Both the position numbers and the translations under genes were made by a program. The notes below the pieces were generated by a model. That model did no database searches, was not told where the DNA came from, and worked only from the letters and a program-made list of their open reading frames with translations. From Bdellovibrionota bacterium (GTDB lineage Bacteria > Bdellovibrionota_C > UBA2361 > JBIKWN01), in the NCBI GenBank assembly GCA_044356295.1, contig JBIKWN010000005.1:7176-71175 (forward strand): a DNA stretch of 64,000 nucleotides. Direction: 5' to 3'. Below are positions 8,560 to 18,184 of the stretch, in pieces (within the stretch, counting starts at the first letter, position 1; each line of letters opens with the position of its first letter).

Positions 8560-9062
8560 CTGAGTCTTCTCGGGTCAATCACCAACAAACTCCTCATGAT
8601 GTACATGGGACATGGCTTATTAGTTTTGCTGACCTTCTGGTTCTCTTGCTCTGTGCTTTTATTATGTATTTTTCTCAGAAGAACGATTCAGAGATTCTCA
8701 AACAGAATAATTCTGGCATCAAAGTTGCCTCTTTGGTGAATGAAGTACCAACTGAGCAACTTGAGTTTTTTGCAAACGATATTTTAGAAAGTAGTGATTT
8801 ACTGACCCAAGAAAGTATCAAAGTTGTAAAAAAAGCAGTGGATCTAGGGTTTTACGGAGGGGAAGTGGTAACACTTTCAATTTGTAACGGGGCGAATGCG
8901 AATAAAATAGCATCTAATTTTTTGACACTCTTTCGGGAAGCTATGGTTCCTGAAGAGCGTTTAAAGGTACGGTTTTTTGGCACTGAGTGCAGCACTCTTG
9001 GATTTAGAGACAAACCAAAAGGAGCACTCGTTGCAAAGATAGAGATTTTGAAAAATGGCTGA
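8553..9062 (+). CDS. motB: MotB-like protein (N-terminal MotB plug/TM motif with the conserved Asp; short, degenerate C-terminus)
   Basis: TWLISFADLLVLLLCAFIMYF matches the MotB (W/Y)L-ITYADLMTLLL motif. At 169 aa it is shorter than canonical MotB. The C-terminal region is weakly OmpA-like. Confidence 0.5.
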   Translation: MVTESSRVNHQQTPHDVHGTWLISFADLLVLLLCAFIMYFSQKNDSEILKQNNSGIKVASLVNEVPTEQLEFFANDILESSDLLTQESIKVVKKAVDLGFYGGEVVTLSICNGANANKIASNFLTLFREAMVPEERLKVRFFGTECSTLGFRDKPKGALVAKIEILKNG

Positions 9063-9594
9063 CGACGATAAAGAAGAAAAGAAAGAGGAAGCACCGCCTG
9101 CTAAAAAGAGTAAGTTGATGCTCTTTATCGGTGTAGGTGTTGTCGTCTTACTTATTGGCGGAGGAGCAGCTTTTTTTCTAATGAAAGGAAAGAAAGAAGC
9201 GAAGGAAGAAATTGGCGCTGATGCAGCACAATCTGAATCTGGTCTTACGAGTGAAAGTGCAGTTGATGCTGAAGAACCACTTGAAGAAGGTGAAGAAGCA
9301 TTAGGTGCAATTTTTCCGTTAGAGACCTTCGTTGTAAATCTTACTGGTGGAAAATATGTTCGTGTACAAATGCAGCTTGAATTTCAAACACGAGATGTAC
9401 CAAAAAGTTTCCTAGGAAAAATTGTAGCAATTCGTGATCTAATCATTACAGCCCTTAATAAAAAAACAGCAGATACAATTCTTGCAGAAAATGGAAAAGA
9501 ATCAGTCAAAAGTTCAGTGAAAGACATCGTAAATGAAGTCTTGAAGAAAGAAGCAGTTAAAAAAGTTTATTTTACACAGTTTATCGTCCAGTGA
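9055..9594 (+). CDS. fliL: Flagellar basal-body-associated protein FliL
   Basis: Single TM segment, and the characteristic LETFVVNLTGGKYVRVQMQLEF segment. Confidence 0.8.
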   Translation: MADDDKEEKKEEAPPAKKSKLMLFIGVGVVVLLIGGGAAFFLMKGKKEAKEEIGADAAQSESGLTSESAVDAEEPLEEGEEALGAIFPLETFVVNLTGGKYVRVQMQLEFQTRDVPKSFLGKIVAIRDLIITALNKKTADTILAENGKESVKSSVKDIVNEVLKKEAVKKVYFTQFIVQ

Positions 9595-9601
9595 TGAGAG
9601 T

Positions 9602-10630
9602 ATGAACCAGGTATTAACACAAGAAGAGATCAACTCACTCCTTCGAGGACTTTCAGATGGAGATGTAGAAACCGATTCAGTAGAAGCGGTACAAGCTGGC
9701 CCTCAAGCGAAGAAATTTGATCTTGCAAACCAAGAACGAATTATTCGTGGTCGAATGCCGACGATGGAACTTATCCATGATAGGTTCGCACGTCAGTTTC
9801 GTTCAGTACTTTCTAAGTTTTTAGGCCGAACCTGCTTTGCAAACGTAGGTGGGATTGAAATGGTGAAGTTCGGGCTTTTCATGAAAAAGCTTCCTCTTCC
9901 ATCTTCACTTCATATTTTTAGAATGCCGCCACTTTCTGGATACGCATTAATGGTTGTTTCAGCACCATTAGTATTCGGAATTATTGATAGCTTATTTGGT
10001 GGTAGTGGACAGGGACGAGTTAAAATCGAAGGTCGGGAATATACTCCGATTGAAACACGCCTTATTGGTAAGATCGTGATGCAAGCACTTGATGTTCTTA
10101 AAGATGCATGGGCACCGATTCATCCAGTTGATTTTGTTTATGTACGTTCTGAATTTAACCCATTAGCAATCGCAATAGTTCCGCCAACGGATGTGGTGAT
10201 TATTGTTACCATTGAAGTTGAGCTTGAGCAGGAAAGTACAACGCTCACATTGTGCACACCAATTTCAACTATTGATCCTCTCAGACACAAGTTAGCTGCT
10301 GGGTTCCAAAGTACGCGCCTCGAAATAGATACAACGACGGCTAAACGTATGGAAGCAAGTGTACGTCAAACTATTACAAATATGAGTGTTCAATTGGCAA
10401 CAGGTACCATCAAAACAAAACAGTTTTTGCAATTATGTGTAGGAGATGTTGTTACTATGGAAACAAATCCTTCAGATGAGGCAATGCTTATGGTGGAAGG
10501 TGAACCGAAGTTTTACGGATACGTAGGAAGTTTTCGTGGGAATAGGGCGCTTAGAATTACGCGACCAATTCCAGGAAGAGATTTAATTAACTATCGAAAC
10601 AGACAGGAGCTAGTGAAAAATGGCGGGTGA
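9602..10630 (+). CDS. fliM: Flagellar motor switch protein FliM
   Basis: The N-terminus LTQEEINSLL corresponds to the CheY-P binding LSQxEIDALL motif. The FliM middle domain and C-terminal SpoA region are present. Confidence 0.9.
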   Translation: MNQVLTQEEINSLLRGLSDGDVETDSVEAVQAGPQAKKFDLANQERIIRGRMPTMELIHDRFARQFRSVLSKFLGRTCFANVGGIEMVKFGLFMKKLPLPSSLHIFRMPPLSGYALMVVSAPLVFGIIDSLFGGSGQGRVKIEGREYTPIETRLIGKIVMQALDVLKDAWAPIHPVDFVYVRSEFNPLAIAIVPPTDVVIIVTIEVELEQESTTLTLCTPISTIDPLRHKLAAGFQSTRLEIDTTTAKRMEASVRQTITNMSVQLATGTIKTKQFLQLCVGDVVTMETNPSDEAMLMVEGEPKFYGYVGSFRGNRALRITRPIPGRDLINYRNRQELVKNGG

Positions 10631-10976
10631 TGGCAGCGAAGAATTAGAACAGGTAGCGCAGGCGGCTTCAAATGTTGCTGCTGCAGCAACAGGTGCAGTA
10701 GCAGGCAAAAGAAAACCTCAAACATTGGATTTTATCCTCGATGTCACCTTACAGGTGACAGTAGAAGTAGGGCGGTCTCGAATGACCATTCAGGATCTTC
10801 TACAACTAGGACAAGGTTCGGTTGTTGAGCTGGAAAAGCTGGCTGGAGAGCCGTTAGATATATATATCAACGGTAAACAGGTAGCACGGGGTGAAGCGGT
10901 AATCGTCAACGAGAAGTTCGGTGTGCGATTAACGGATATCATCTCTCCAGAAGATCGAATAGAGTCATTGGGGTGA
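10620..10976 (+). CDS. fliN: Flagellar motor switch protein FliN
   Basis: The C-terminal SpoA domain ends ...[47 protein letters not shown]. The gene overlaps fliM (a 4-nt overlap with fliO confirms operon packing). Confidence 0.85.
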   Translation: [118 protein letters not shown]

Positions 10977-11491
10977 GATACTATCTTTTAATAAAGACCC
11001 TATTCCTCTGTTTTCTTATTAGCTTTCCTTTGATGAGCCTTGCTCAAGATGCACCGCCAGCGTCTGATGCGAAGCATGAGTTATCAAAGCTCGAGCGTGC
11101 AAATGTTTTACGCGAAATCCAACTTGGGAAAGGAGCACTTGCGGAGCCATTACCAAGCCCTGATCAAGATTTAACTTCAACAGCATTAAGAATGTTCCAG
11201 AGTCTGGGAATTATTCTTGGATGTTTTTTGATTGGTGCATGGGCATATAAGAAATATATTTTGAAAGAGGTAGGAGGTGTGTCTGCTTCGCGAATAAAAG
11301 TCTTAGAAAGAATGTCGGTATCAACAAGGGGTACGGTTATTCTTTCTGAGATAGATGGTAAAAAAATATTAATTGGAATTACTCCGCAGTCTATTAATTT
11401 TCTCGATCTAACATCAGGATCTTCTCAACAGAGCACTTTTAATTCCTCTTCACCCTCATTTATTCAAACTTTGACTGAGGAGATTAAATGA
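10973..11491 (+). CDS. fliO: FliO-like flagellar export protein
   Basis: It lies between fliN and fliP, has one internal TM segment (LGIILGCFLIGAWAYKKY), and has the size expected for FliO. Confidence 0.45.
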   Translation: MRYYLLIKTLFLCFLISFPLMSLAQDAPPASDAKHELSKLERANVLREIQLGKGALAEPLPSPDQDLTSTALRMFQSLGIILGCFLIGAWAYKKYILKEVGGVSASRIKVLERMSVSTRGTVILSEIDGKKILIGITPQSINFLDLTSGSSQQSTFNSSSPSFIQTLTEEIK

Positions 11492-12270
11492 AAAAATTAT
11501 TTCAAATCCAACCTCTCTGTATTTTTTTAATTGTTTGTTTTATTACGCTTCATGCAGCATCAGCTCTTGCGCAAGATCCAAGTGCTGCTCTTCCTAATCT
11601 ATCAATTGCAATAGGTGATACTAAGTTGGGCGCTGATGGAACTGTTTCATCTACGATCAAGATTATGCTCCTTCTTACGATGTTGTCGTTTGCGCCAGCA
11701 ATGGTGATGACGATGACTTCTTTTACGAGGATATCAGTAGTACTAGGAATGGTTAGAACAACTCTCGGGACTCAGTCGATGCCACCAAATATGGTTATTA
11801 CTGGACTCTCATTGTTCCTGACGTTTGCGATAATGCAGCCTGTAATGCAAGACATGTATAAAGATGGAATCGCTCCGTTCATGGAAGGAACTATGTCACA
11901 AGAGGAAGCGCTTCCAAAAACATTTGCACCATTAAAGAAGTTTCTGGTTCAACATGCCCGGGAAAAGGATCTTGCCTTATTTTTAGAGATTTCAAAATCA
12001 GAGATCCCCGAAAAGCCAGAAGATGTGCCTATCTATGTTGCAGCACCGGCTTTTGTTTTGAGTGAACTCAACCTTGCTTTTCAAATTAGTTTTATGATTG
12101 CACTTCCATTTCTAATTTTAGATATGGTTGTTTCAAGTGTATTAACTTCCATGAGTATGATTACACTTCCGCCAGTAGTCATTTCACTACCGTTGAAACT
12201 GATGCTTTTTGTAATAGTCGATGGATGGCACTTAATCATTACTTCGTTAGTGCAAACGTACCGGGTATAA
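11488..12270 (+). CDS. fliP: Flagellar biosynthesis protein FliP
   Basis: Signal peptide followed by the conserved FliP core: SFTRISVVLGMVRTTLGTQSMPPNMVITGLSLFLTFAIMQPV and MIALPFLILDMVVSSVLTSMSM. Confidence 0.9.
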   Translation: MKKLFQIQPLCIFLIVCFITLHAASALAQDPSAALPNLSIAIGDTKLGADGTVSSTIKIMLLLTMLSFAPAMVMTMTSFTRISVVLGMVRTTLGTQSMPPNMVITGLSLFLTFAIMQPVMQDMYKDGIAPFMEGTMSQEEALPKTFAPLKKFLVQHAREKDLALFLEISKSEIPEKPEDVPIYVAAPAFVLSELNLAFQISFMIALPFLILDMVVSSVLTSMSMITLPPVVISLPLKLMLFVIVDGWHLIITSLVQTYRV

Positions 12271-12288
12271 AATCAAAGGAGGATTATT

Positions 12289-12558
12289 ATGCAACTTGGT
12301 GACTATATGAGACTTGCGCAGGTAGGGATAGAAACAGCCATTTTGGTTTCTGCTCCAGTGCTTGTCATTGGACTGGTTGCTGGATTACTCGTAAGTATTT
12401 TTCAAGCAGCGACTCAGATTAATGATGCATCTCTTGCTTTTATTCCAAAGATCGGAGCAGCAGTTGTAGGTCTCTTGGCTTTTGGCCCTTTCATGATCAA
12501 TCGAATCTCTTCATTTACAATCTGGGTGTACACTCAAATCCCACTCCTTGCTAATTAA
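12289..12558 (+). CDS. fliQ: Flagellar biosynthesis protein FliQ
   Basis: 89-aa two-TM protein in the FliQ/YscS family. A strong AAGGAGG ribosome-binding site sits 8 nt upstream. Confidence 0.9.
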   Translation: MQLGDYMRLAQVGIETAILVSAPVLVIGLVAGLLVSIFQAATQINDASLAFIPKIGAAVVGLLAFGPFMINRISSFTIWVYTQIPLLAN

Positions 12559-12576
12559 AAAAAGTCGGATTTTTTC

Positions 12577-13386
12577 ATGGGTGACGAACTAGGGTTCATG
12601 CAGAATGCTACTAAGATTCTTTCGAATCTAAATCTTGCATTCACCTTTATACTTTTGTTAACTCGTTTTTCTACAATGTTTCTTTTAATACCAGGTATTG
12701 GTGCAGCACAACGAGGTATCGCTGCAAAGTATTCTGCAATACTTATGTTCTCACTTGTATCAATGTATTCGTCGGCAACCGTTCCGCTGCCGACTAACCT
12801 TGCTCTGATGGCAGGAATGATACTTTCAGAGATGGCATTAGGTGCTTGTATCGGTCTTATCCCTCTTTTAATGATTGCAGCTTTACAAAATGCTGGGCAG
12901 ATTGCCAGTACTTCAATGGGTCTTCAAGCAGGTGCTGTTATGGATCCATCTACAGGGATATCGGTATCAGAGCTTTCCAAAATTTTCGGTGATCTATTTA
13001 TGATTGCTTTTCTTTATGTGAATGCACACCACGTATTGATTATGGCTGCCTCTGGATTAAACGGCAGGCTCATTCCTGGGAGCTTTCTTATTGGTGAAAG
13101 CTCACTTGAGTTTGTAATCCAACGAAGTGCTGATATTTTTATGTATGGTCTCCTCTTTGCTTCTCCTGTTGTTGTTGCGCTCTTGCTTACAAACTTTGTG
13201 ATGGGATTAGTCTCAAAAGCAGTTCCTACAGTGAATATATTTATTGTTTCATTCCCTTTAACAATTGGTATAGGGCTTATTCTGACTCTTCTGATGATCC
13301 CAGAGCTTATGAAAGCTAATGAAAAAGTGATAACATCCACGGACAGCAGTGTTTCGGTAATACTGCAGGATGCAACACTAAAATAA
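12577..13386 (+). CDS. fliR: Flagellar biosynthesis protein FliR
   Basis: Polytopic membrane protein after fliQ with a FliR/YscT-like profile (GxxAQRGIAAK... region). Confidence 0.8.
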   Translation: MGDELGFMQNATKILSNLNLAFTFILLLTRFSTMFLLIPGIGAAQRGIAAKYSAILMFSLVSMYSSATVPLPTNLALMAGMILSEMALGACIGLIPLLMIAALQNAGQIASTSMGLQAGAVMDPSTGISVSELSKIFGDLFMIAFLYVNAHHVLIMAASGLNGRLIPGSFLIGESSLEFVIQRSADIFMYGLLFASPVVVALLLTNFVMGLVSKAVPTVNIFIVSFPLTIGIGLILTLLMIPELMKANEKVITSTDSSVSVILQDATLK

Positions 13387-14291
13387 TGACGACTACAAAA
13401 AACGCTATTCAATCTGGGGTACGTAGTACTCTTCTTGGTGCATTCATCAATATTCTTCTTGCAGTAATCAAAGGATTTGCTGGTGTGTTAGGGAATTCAT
13501 TCGCACTTGTTGCTGATGCAATAGAGTCGCTGTGTGATATTTTTAGCTCATTAGTTGTGCTTGTAGGTTTGAAAATGGCGGGCAGGCCAGCAGATACTAA
13601 TCATCCATATGGTCACGGTAAATATGAACCACTTGCAGGAGTTATTGTTGCGATGGTTTTATTTGGAGCAGCAATTTTTATTGCTATCGAAAGTGTCAGA
13701 GGAATCATTACACCACATCATGCACCGGCAGCATTTACGCTTTGGGTTCTCTTGGTCGTTATAGTTATAAAGGAATCACTGTTTCGTTTTGTGAAAGGTA
13801 TCGGCGATCAGATACATAGTTCTGCCGTGAAAGCAGATGCCTGGCATCACCGTAGTGATGCAATTACATCAATGGCTGCTTTTGTTGGAATTTCAATTGC
13901 TTTGCTTTGCGGACCAGGATACGAGAGTGCCGATGATTTTGCTGCCCTTATTGCAGCATGTATTATTTTAATAAATGCAATGATACTCCTAAAACCAGCA
14001 CTGTTTGAATTGCTTGATACCGCTCCTGATCCACAGCTTCATATGAGAATTAGAGATATTGCTGTTAACGTTCCTGGAGTATACGGAACACATAAGTGTC
14101 ATGTGAGGAAATTAGGTTTTGATTATTTTGTTGACCTTGATGTTTTGTGTGATCCAGATGCGACTATTCGTCAAGGACATACCATCGCCCATGATGTTGG
14201 AGAAGCCATTCATGCTGCACTTCCAGAGATCACGAAGGTACTTGTCCATGTTGAACCCAAAGATGATTTTGGAAGACGTGACCGTGGCTAA
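13386..14291 (+). CDS. Cation diffusion facilitator family metal-efflux transporter (CzcD/FieF-like)
   Basis: Six TM segments with a His/Asp-rich metal site (HSSAVKADAWHHRSDA...), plus the C-terminal cytoplasmic CDF domain. Its start overlaps the fliR stop by one nucleotide. Confidence 0.85.
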   Translation: MTTTKNAIQSGVRSTLLGAFINILLAVIKGFAGVLGNSFALVADAIESLCDIFSSLVVLVGLKMAGRPADTNHPYGHGKYEPLAGVIVAMVLFGAAIFIAIESVRGIITPHHAPAAFTLWVLLVVIVIKESLFRFVKGIGDQIHSSAVKADAWHHRSDAITSMAAFVGISIALLCGPGYESADDFAALIAACIILINAMILLKPALFELLDTAPDPQLHMRIRDIAVNVPGVYGTHKCHVRKLGFDYFVDLDVLCDPDATIRQGHTIAHDVGEAIHAALPEITKVLVHVEPKDDFGRRDRG

Positions 14292-14446
14292 TTTTATATA
14301 AATCGATCCTTTATAACTAATTGAATTTACTATATAAAACTAAGTTTAGTTTTACCAACTAAGTTTAGATTTCTTTTTTCTCTGAACCAAAGCTTCTTTA
14401 GGATAAGATAGGTGAGCGTAATCTTTATCCTCTAAGGAAAAGTAAA

Positions 14447-14794
14447 ATGTCAGAAGAGATTGTTGGTCGATTATTTGGTTCATTTAAAGTTCTTGAAGAC
14501 GCCATTATCAATGCTCGTGAGAATCTTTCTTCTAGACCTCACGTTAAAATCGAAGTACTTGATAGACTTGATTCTTATACAACGCTACTCAGTAAACAGC
14601 GTACAGTTGCTTCTGAACTCACAACCCTCATAGAGCAAGGTCTTTGGCAGGAAGTTTCACAAAAAATTGCTCTTATTAATGGACTTCTCGAAATGATTCG
14701 CACTGATGCACGTGATGTTTTAGCTTCCTTAAATCGTTCATCTTCTGAAGAAATAGAATCTGATAATGAAGAAGATTCTATTATCATCTGTTAA
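14447..14794 (+). CDS. Hypothetical small protein with an acidic C-terminus
   Basis: 115-aa ORF with a GA-rich ribosome-binding site (aaggaaaag) upstream. No recognisable motif. It sits between the CDF gene and flhB. Confidence 0.4.
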   Translation: MSEEIVGRLFGSFKVLEDAIINARENLSSRPHVKIEVLDRLDSYTTLLSKQRTVASELTTLIEQGLWQEVSQKIALINGLLEMIRTDARDVLASLNRSSSEEIESDNEEDSIIIC

Positions 14795-14888
14795 TTTCTA
14801 AATAATAGTTTGATACCACACATCTCTAGCTAATAACCGGCACGCCTATTGCATTTTATAGTTCTGACACCCTTTTTGCGTCAAAAAA

Positions 14889-16016
14889 ATGTCAGAAGCA
14901 TCCGCCCCAGAAGAACGTACCGAGCTGCCTACCGACCGTAGGATGGGTCAGTTGCGTGGAGAAGGAGCTGTCCATTGCTCGAATGAGGTTGTTCAAGTTG
15001 TCAGCATGTTGACAGCGTTTTATGGACTGACCTTTGTATGGCCTATTTTTTTCCAAAGATTCAAAGATGTATTTGCTGGTGTTTTTAAATCTATTCGAGA
15101 TCCAGAACCAATGGTTTTTGAGAATCTCTACCATGGGTTAATTAATGTTATTCTTGCGTTTGCACCGCCACTCATTTTATTTGTTGCCGCTATTGCTACG
15201 ACGACAACGTTAGCAACTTTTCTTCAAACAAAATGGAATATAAAGAAAAAGTGGATCAAATTTGACCTTGGATTTCTTAATCCTATATCAGGAATTATGA
15301 AGATTTTTTCGATACAAGGCTTTATTACAACTGGTAAGGCAATCCTGAAACTACTTTTCATACTTCCTATTGCATATCTCATGCTTCGAGCAGAAGCAGA
15401 TAAAATGATTCAGTTAGTTCACACAAATTTAGAAGAAATATTCCATTTTGCGAATACTGAAATGTGGGCACTCTTTTGGAAAATTATGTATATCCTCATT
15501 GGAATTGCAGTATTTGATTATTTTTATGGGAAGTTTCAGTGGTTTAAAACTAATAAAATGACAAAAGATGAAGTTAAAGATGAAAGAAAATCCATTGAAG
15601 GAGATGAAGCAACAAAAAGAAAAATTATTAATAAAGCGATGAGTCGCGCTGCATTTCGTATTCGTAATGCAGTAGCAAAGGCAAGTGTCATTATTACTAA
15701 CCCAACCCATTATTCTATCGCGCTGCAATATGACAGGAATAATATGAAAGCACCTGTTGTTGTTGCTAAAGGAAAGGGATTTATGGCTTTAAAGATTAGA
15801 GAGATTGCAAAAGAATACGGGATTCCACTTGTCGAAAGAAAACCTGTAGCGAGGGCTTTGTATGCATCAGTAGAAGTAGGAAGAGAAATACCGTTTGAAC
15901 TTTATAAGGCAGTCGCTGAGGTTCTTGCGTATGTCTATAAGCTCAAAAATCCTTATGCGAATCGAAATCAAGAACCGGTGCAACAAAACAACAGCCAACA
16001 AAGTATGAGACCTTAA
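14889..16016 (+). CDS. flhB: Flagellar export apparatus protein FlhB
   Basis: Four-TM N-terminal domain plus a C-terminal domain carrying the NPTH autocleavage motif (IITNPTHYSIALQYD). Confidence 0.9.
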   Translation: MSEASAPEERTELPTDRRMGQLRGEGAVHCSNEVVQVVSMLTAFYGLTFVWPIFFQRFKDVFAGVFKSIRDPEPMVFENLYHGLINVILAFAPPLILFVAAIATTTTLATFLQTKWNIKKKWIKFDLGFLNPISGIMKIFSIQGFITTGKAILKLLFILPIAYLMLRAEADKMIQLVHTNLEEIFHFANTEMWALFWKIMYILIGIAVFDYFYGKFQWFKTNKMTKDEVKDERKSIEGDEATKRKIINKAMSRAAFRIRNAVAKASVIITNPTHYSIALQYDRNNMKAPVVVAKGKGFMALKIREIAKEYGIPLVERKPVARALYASVEVGREIPFELYKAVAEVLAYVYKLKNPYANRNQEPVQQNNSQQSMRP

Positions 16017-16051
16017 TTATACTAAAATGGTAACAGGGATGTAACAATTGT

Positions 16052-18142
16052 ATGGCAACGAATTTGAAAGGTAACAAGTTACAAAAGTTTATAATTCATA
16101 CTTCAATGCCTGTGGCGTTGATCTTTATACTTGGTATTCTAGTTTTTCCTATACCGACGAGTGCCCTTGATGTTTTCTTAGCATTAAATATTACTATTTC
16201 ACTTATTGTTCTGTTTGTTTCACTCTATATTGACAGACCTTTAAACTTTTCATCCTTTCCGGCTATCTTACTTATTACAACACTATTTCGACTTGCAATG
16301 AACGTTGCAACTGCTCGTTTGATTCTTCTTCATGGTCATAATGGAACAGATGCAGCCGGACATGTTATTCAAGCTTTTGGTGAATTTGTTGTCGGCGGGA
16401 ACTTTGTCGTAGGTTCGGTCATATTTATCTTGATTAGTATTGTAAACTTAAAAGTAATCACAAAAGGTTCGGGACGTATTGCGGAAGTTGCTGCCAGGTT
16501 TACTCTTGATGCAATGCCAGGAAAACAGATGGCGATTGATTCAGATTTAAGTTCGGGAATGATCAATGATAAAGAAGCTAAAATTCGAAGAAAAGAGCTT
16601 TCGATGGAAGCTGAATTTTATGGAGCTATGGACGGAGCTGCAAAGTTCGTAGGTGGAGATGCTATTGCAGGTATTTTTATCCTCTTTATAAATATTATCG
16701 GAGGATTTCTTGTTGGTTGCTTCATGAAGGGCATGGACTGGCAAGAAGCGATTCGAGTGTACATTATCTTAACGATTGGAGATGGACTCGTAAGCCAAAT
16801 CCCATCAATTATTATTTCAGTTGCATCCGGTTTAATTGTTGCACGTGCAGCTTCAGGTGAAGATTTAGGGTCTGATGTTATTGGACAGTTAGGTGCTTCG
16901 AGCAAACCTCTCTTTCTTGCGTCAGCAGTTTGCGGAGCTTTTGCAATTTTACCTGGACTTCCTTTTTTACCATTTTTTGTTTTATCAGGTCTTTGCGTTA
17001 CTGCTGGTTATTTTAGAGATAAAATAACTTCACAACATAAAGTCCTAGAAGATAAAAAAGCACACGAACATAAAGAAGAAGCAAACAAACCTAAACCTGG
17101 TAGTACTGAAGAAGTAACAGGGCTTTTGGGTATTGATACTCTTGAATTAGAAGTTGGTTTTGAATTGGTAAGCCTTGTTGAATCAGGCGATCTTGTTGAG
17201 CGTATTCGTTCAATTCGTAGGCAATTTGCTCTTGATTATGGATTTATTGTCCCACCGATTCATATCAGGGATAACGTTCGAATTAAATCAAATGAATACA
17301 GATTTATGTTGAAAGGTGCGGTCATTGGTTCGTCTGAACTAAAACCTCATCATATGCTTGCAATGGATCCAGGCAATGTTTCATCACCAATTGATGGAAC
17401 TCCGACCAAAGAACCATCATTTGGACTTGATGCTCTTTGGATCAATGATACCGATAAAGAACGAGCACAGTTTTCTGGTTATACCGTAGTAGATCTCCCA
17501 ACTGTTATTACTACTCACTTAACAGAATTAGTCAGGGCAAACATGGCAGAACTTCTTGGCAGACAAGATGTTCAACATTTATTAGACACTGTTTCAAAAG
17601 AAGCTCCAAAAGTTGTTGAAGAGCTTATTCCTTCACTACTAACAGTAGGACAAGTTCAGCAAGTGCTTCGATTGCTTCTTAAAGAACAAATTAGTATTCG
17701 AGATCTTAAAACTGTTTTGGAAACGCTCGCTGATTGGGCTCCAACACTGAAGCATCCTGAAAAGCTTTCTGAATTTGTAAGACGTCGTCTTGCACGATCG
17801 ATTACCAGCAAATATTTGTCACCAGAAGGAACACTTCCATTGGCGAGTCTAAATCCTGGCATAGAAAGAACACTAGGGGAGGCAGTACAGCAGACTGATG
17901 AAGGATCGTATCTTGCATTAGAACCTGGATATGCTCAGAGACTGATCAATCGTTTGACACAGATCTCTGAGAAATTTATGGAGCGTGGTTTAACGCCAGT
18001 GGTACTCGCTCCAGGTCATGTAAGAGCTGCTTTAGCCCACTTTATTGATCGATTTACCCCTGGCATCGCGGTGATAAGTCACCAAGAGATCGCACCGAAT
18101 ACTCGGGTTCAGTCCTTAGGAATCGTAGCGATCGAAGAGTAA
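16052..18142 (+). CDS. flhA: Flagellar export apparatus protein FlhA
   Basis: 696 aa. The conserved FHIPxR-like cytoplasmic loop and the FlhA C-terminal export-gate domain are present. Confidence 0.95.
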   Translation: MATNLKGNKLQKFIIHTSMPVALIFILGILVFPIPTSALDVFLALNITISLIVLFVSLYIDRPLNFSSFPAILLITTLFRLAMNVATARLILLHGHNGTDAAGHVIQAFGEFVVGGNFVVGSVIFILISIVNLKVITKGSGRIAEVAARFTLDAMPGKQMAIDSDLSSGMINDKEAKIRRKELSMEAEFYGAMDGAAKFVGGDAIAGIFILFINIIGGFLVGCFMKGMDWQEAIRVYIILTIGDGLVSQIPSIIISVASGLIVARAASGEDLGSDVIGQLGASSKPLFLASAVCGAFAILPGLPFLPFFVLSGLCVTAGYFRDKITSQHKVLEDKKAHEHKEEANKPKPGSTEEVTGLLGIDTLELEVGFELVSLVESGDLVERIRSIRRQFALDYGFIVPPIHIRDNVRIKSNEYRFMLKGAVIGSSELKPHHMLAMDPGNVSSPIDGTPTKEPSFGLDALWINDTDKERAQFSGYTVVDLPTVITTHLTELVRANMAELLGRQDVQHLLDTVSKEAPKVVEELIPSLLTVGQVQQVLRLLLKEQISIRDLKTVLETLADWAPTLKHPEKLSEFVRRRLARSITSKYLSPEGTLPLASLNPGIERTLGEAVQQTDEGSYLALEPGYAQRLINRLTQISEKFMERGLTPVVLAPGHVRAALAHFIDRFTPGIAVISHQEIAPNTRVQSLGIVAIEE

Positions 18143-18184
18143 CGATAGACCGCGAGATTTATAGGTTTACAAGGGATTATACAG

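Noticed and set aside
14119-14301. 60-aa ORF overlapping the 3' end of the CDF transporter gene
   Set aside because: It lies wholly inside a well-supported CDS in another frame and has no ribosome-binding site or motif.
14412-14421. The 10-mer AGGTGAGCGT upstream of the 115-aa ORF, which matches the core of the island 22-bp motif
   Set aside because: A single 10-mer match over 64 kb searched on both strands is expected by chance at roughly 0.1. There is no flanking similarity (no GGGG or TTTATAA), so I treat it as coincidence.
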